A stretch of DNA of 62,959 nucleotides, counting the filler, from Guillardia theta CCMP2712 (taxonomy: Eukaryota; Protista; Cryptophyta): the NCBI RefSeq assembly GCF_000315625.1. It is 7 parts of 7 records of this genome, joined end to end, with 100 filler letters (N's around TTAATTAATTAA, not from the genome) between each part and the next. Parts side by side here need not be neighbours in the genome. Positions count along the whole stretch, not along the records: positions 53,788 to 62,959 come from NW_005434257.1; 6 more parts are not named here. One strand, 5' to 3'. Below, in pieces: positions 59,057-62,959 of the stretch (positions are counted from its first letter, which is position 1; the number at the start of each line of letters is the position of its first letter). The notes under the pieces are model-generated. The model searched no databases. It saw nothing but the letters and a program-made list of their open reading frames with translations, and had not been told where the DNA came from. Both the position numbers and the translations under genes were made by a program.

Positions 59057-61499
59057 AAGTGGTACAGGAAGGACAGAACTTGGACTTGAATCCTCCTGAC
59101 ATAGCCCATGGAACAGGAAATAATGGCTTCAGATAGGATCGAAAGTATTGGCCAAGCTCCAGGAGAAAATATTCAATATCTTCATACAACGCGTTAATCA
59201 TCGCGGCATCCATCTCCTTGCCATCAGAATCCCTTCGGCTTACCCCCTTCTTTTTCTTCTTGCCAGAAGCACTCACTGGGTTGCCGGAATCACCGTCAGC
59301 AACACTGAGGACTACCATACTGATCCGACACCGTCTTGGACAAACTTTGCAACTGCTCCACATAATCTCGAATCTGCCCGCTCTTCCTCCAACAAAATTT
59401 GGCATTCAGGAAAAGCAAAACGACCTGCCTTTTCCATTCCTCCGTCAACTCGCCATCCACATTCACACTCTTGTTCTTTTCCCAAACAGTGACCTTCCAA
59501 ACTGGCAACTTCCTAGCACAAGCGAAAAAAATGCAAAAAATCGAGTCCAACTTCCAAACAACGATTCCAAACAATCGAATCACCGACTCAAATAGCAACA
59601 ATGAACCGAACTTACTCTTTGTTCCAGTTCAGACCGTACGGTAAATCACAGTTGCGCAACAACAGTAAAAAAATGAGAACTGAGAACAAAGAGAAAATTT
59701 TCTCTTTGTAATCGAATCAACCTCCACCTCACTGGCCAGAATCTATTCAACCCAAGATCCACCAAAGACTAACTCTCAGTACACCTGAGATCCTTACACC
59801 AACCTTATTCACCTCAACGATACACAGCTGTGCAGTCTCTATCACCTTCACTGATGATGATAGAACTCTCAGAAGAACCACACAACACCACCAACACTTC
59901 CTTTATTCACAGCAGTCACCTTCCCTTCAGTCCCTTGCAACCCAGTACAATGCACAGCGCGCAGTGGACACGTGTCCTCCTAACCCCCTCTTCTCCGCCT
60001 GACCCTCAGGCTCGTCGATTCCTTAATTCCAGACCTATGTCGAAACCCACTTCCATCTCGCTGAGCTTCGTCCATCGATGAGACGCAATACCCTGAACTT
60101 CTCGCCGTCTCCAAGAACTTATCCGAGTTCTTACACTCAGAGACAGGGGGTGGGGTGGGAATGGGGGGTAGTAGGAGCCTGGTCTGGTAGTTCCGCCAGT
60201 ACCATTTTGACTCAAGTCACAGATCAGTCGAAGGGGTGGGGTAGGGGATGGGAGGGGTAGTGGGTGGTCATAAATGGAGTCATCAGGCCCCTGAAGGAGG
60301 TCTGACCCACCCCTAGCTGCGGGGAAAATTACACCGAGACCCACCCCTCATCTACCCGATACCACCCCCCACCCCTCGTTCCCATGTGGCCAAAAAAACA
60401 AATATCAAATATCCCCACCCCCCTCCCGCCATGAGCCGAACACATTCAGTGGCAGTTCGAGGAAAGAGAAATGCAGGGCGAGAGGCGACGGAGAAGAGAG
60501 AGAGAGCGAAGGAGGAGGAGAGGGAGAGAGCGGCGGAGGAGAAGGCCAAACATCTCCACGAGGACAAGGAGTGGAGGGGAGGGAGGCGGGGGGGCTGGAG
60601 AAAGAAACGTGATGATGGTGAGGAGGAGCAATGGCGAGAGAGGGTGCAAGCAAACGCCCAAGAGACGAACAAGTCCTGCTGCTCCTCTCTCTGACTGACG
60701 CTTACCCTCCTGCCCCCTGCAGCGCCTCCGCATGCCCGCCAGCCCCTCCAACACCCCCCCCGAGCTCGCTCCGGTCAGTCTGCTGGGCTCTGACCAGGTC
60801 GCCGACTGAGCTGGAGGTGCTGAGCTTGGATCACGTCCTCAAGTGCGAGGGCCTGGGAGAGGTCCTGCCGTGTCGCTGCCGTGGTATGCTCTGACGGGCT
60901 GAGCAGGGTCTGCGGGTTTTCTGGGAGGAGGAGCTGAGGGCCGGGCGGGTAGAGGCAAGAGAGGAGGAGAGCTACATGCTGCTGGAGGAAGGTAAGAGGG
61001 ACAAGGGAGGGGCAGGAGAGGAGACAGGCGAGCAGAGCAGAGGAGGCACAGGCAGAGACAAGAAGATGAAAGTCACAATGAAGGAGAGGGAGGAAGAAGC
61101 TGATTGGAGGCATGGCGGGGGAGCTGTAGGTAGATATTTGAATATACGGGAGGAAGCTTGTGCTGCTGACCTCGTGGTTACTGACGGAGAGAGGGCTACC
61201 GTGATGATAGCCGAGAGACGAAGACGAAGCAACAAGACAAGAGCAGTAGATGATGAGCATGATGATGGTCATGATGATAGAGCAAGCGTATGATGGCAGG
61301 GCGAGATTACAGGCAGACAGCTGCTGACTGTATCGATTGTTGAGCAATGCGATGGGTGTAAGAGAGAGTCCCAGAAGAGAAACAGCAGTAGCAAGCAATC
61401 ACACATCAAGTGCACAATCACAGACAAGCTCAGCCTGACAAAGCATGATGAGCAAGCAGCCCTTACAACCGAGCATCAGTGTCTGCTTGCATGCAGACC

Positions 61500-62640
61500 A
61501 CGTTGGTGTTGGTCGTGATGACTACCATGAAAGAGATATTGTGGACAGCGATGACCTTGTGGTGCTCAGGCGAGGATGGCTCGAGGCTCTTCTGGGACAG
61601 GCTCAACACTCAAGTCTTCCTCCGCCTCCTCGGCCGTCGCGTCGTCGGCTCGCTCATGCTCAAGGTGCGCGTCGAGCTCCTCTTGCTGCGGGCCCGTCTC
61701 GCTGCCAGGCGTGAGGCCTGCAGGCAGGCCCTCAGGACCGAGCTCAGCCTCACCCACGACCATCCCACCCGCAGGGCCCCGCGCCTCGTCTACTCCGACA
61801 AGCTCTGCCTGCTGTGGAAGGCGGAGGCGAGGGCGGAGGAGCCCGCGGCGGCGGCCAAGCCCGAGAGCAAGAAGCGAGGGAGGCCGACGCTGGCGTCCAA
61901 GCAGCTGGCTCCGGGTGCTGCTGTCCTTGCTGCGTCGGCTTGAGGCGGCATGACGAGCGGCAGGGTCGTGCAAGCGGCTGTCGCCCAAGATGGTGTGCAT
62001 GGCGTGCAAGGTGCTGCAGTGGAGGTGCGGAGGGCAGTGCGCCTTCACGGGTGAGGGGAGGGCGGGAGAAGGCGGGAGCTGACGGGGGAGCAGACGAGCG
62101 GTCGAAGCTGTATCTGAGGGAGGCGGAGGATCGGAGGAGGCTGGGAGAGTATCTGGAGGGTCGTCGGTACCGGGGGCTCGGGGTAGGGAAGCAGGTGGTG
62201 GTGTGGTGGATGAAGGACAAGGGCAAGGTGAGCGGGAGCTGGGGGCAGGTGGGGGGTCGGGGGACGAGAGGAAGGGAGCTGGTGAGGAGGGAAGGAGCAG
62301 ACGAGAGGAAGGAGGAGTATCTTGGCGGCGCAGGGGAAGGAGGAGGTCTAGTGTGGTGCGTCGAGGGAGCTGGTCGTGCTGCTGACGCCTCCTCAGGTCG
62401 GCGAGCTCGCGGCGTCTGCGCGGGAGGTGCAGGGGGCAGACGGGCGGTGGGAGGGGTCAGCCTTCAGCCGGGTCGAGCGGCAGGGGGCGAGGCTCGGCGG
62501 AGGCGGAGGCGGACAAGAGGGCGAGGCTGCTGCAGGAGCCGAGGCTGCTGCAGGAGCAGCTCGAGCTGTGGGCGGTGGAGCTTGGGCGGTGGAGCTTGTG
62601 CTGACGGAGGAGCGGGAGGATCTTGCGGTCGCGTGGAAAG
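61500..62640 (+). CDS. Probable multi-exon hypothetical protein with AT-hook-like KKRGRP
   Basis: Coding-like segments in ORFs 61479-61943, ~62093-62227 and 62397-62640 with short intron-like gaps. Confidence 0.3.
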
Positions 62641-62959
62641 TCAGGAAGGGGCGAGGGCGGGGGGGGTCAAGGAGCGTGTGCGTCAGGGGGGGGCAGGGAG
62701 GGCGGGGGAGAGACAGGGAGGAGGAGGACGGGGATGGGGGGGATACGAGAGGTGGGCTTCGACGCGAGCATGGGGATCATCCTGTGAGTGACGAGTGGTG
62801 GAGAGATGGGAGACGATGGAGATGATCAAGAAGATGATGATGGAGATGATGATGATGACGTGGATGATGATTATGATGGAGATGCTGATGATTGTGATGC
62901 TGATTGGATGTGACGGTGATGCAGGGTCTGAAGGTAGATGTGTAGGTTGCTGCTTGTAC

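Larger units (their letters stand above)
54821..59130 (-). mobile_element. Ty1/copia LTR retrotransposon pol region (IN-RT-RNase H order); gag and protease not recognisable
   Basis: Domain order integrase then RT then RNase H is diagnostic of copia; LTRs not confirmed. Confidence 0.92.

Noticed and set aside
294-62959. Many ORFs with poly-L/S/P/H/M/G tracts and antisense ORFs
   Set aside because: Translations of intronic CCT/CAT/CTG/CATCTC microsatellites, or shadows of GC-rich coding strands.

Overview
Eukaryotic nuclear sequence from a GC-rich, intron-rich alga. The style (short introns filled with CCT/CAT/CTG microsatellites) suggests a cryptophyte such as Guillardia, but that is inference. 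The window is not one locus: six artificial 100-nt linkers (N44-TTAATTAATTAA-N44) join seven independent pieces (1-12926, 13027-28633, 28734-36624, 36725-42056, 42157-49057, 49158-53687, 53788-62959), so adjacency across linkers means nothing. Host-type genes: an ABCB transporter 3' end, a duplicated orphan ORF pair, an acid-lipase-type hydrolase, a TPR-like protein, a frameshifted R-S-E ADP-ribosyltransferase, CFAP36, a 2OG-Fe(II) oxygenase, a bHLH/PAS-like factor, a RING E3, an unusual repeat+MLKL-like+EF-hand+Gly-rich protein, an EF-hand protein, two tandem SHAQKYF Myb genes and a Ty1/copia pol. The standout is piece 3 (28734-36624), an AT-rich, intronless, virus-like contig. It encodes a 1203-aa AEP primase fused to a UL9/origin-binding-protein-type SF2 helicase, a putative PD-(D/E)XK nuclease and two F-box-like ORFs. 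It also carries three copies of a ~170-200-bp structured element whose core is a perfect 15-bp inverted repeat around an AT/TATA-rich spacer, a layout like herpesvirus oriS, with variation confined to loops and a ~13-nt hypervariable slot. Exon boundaries were read by eye and are approximate unless stated.
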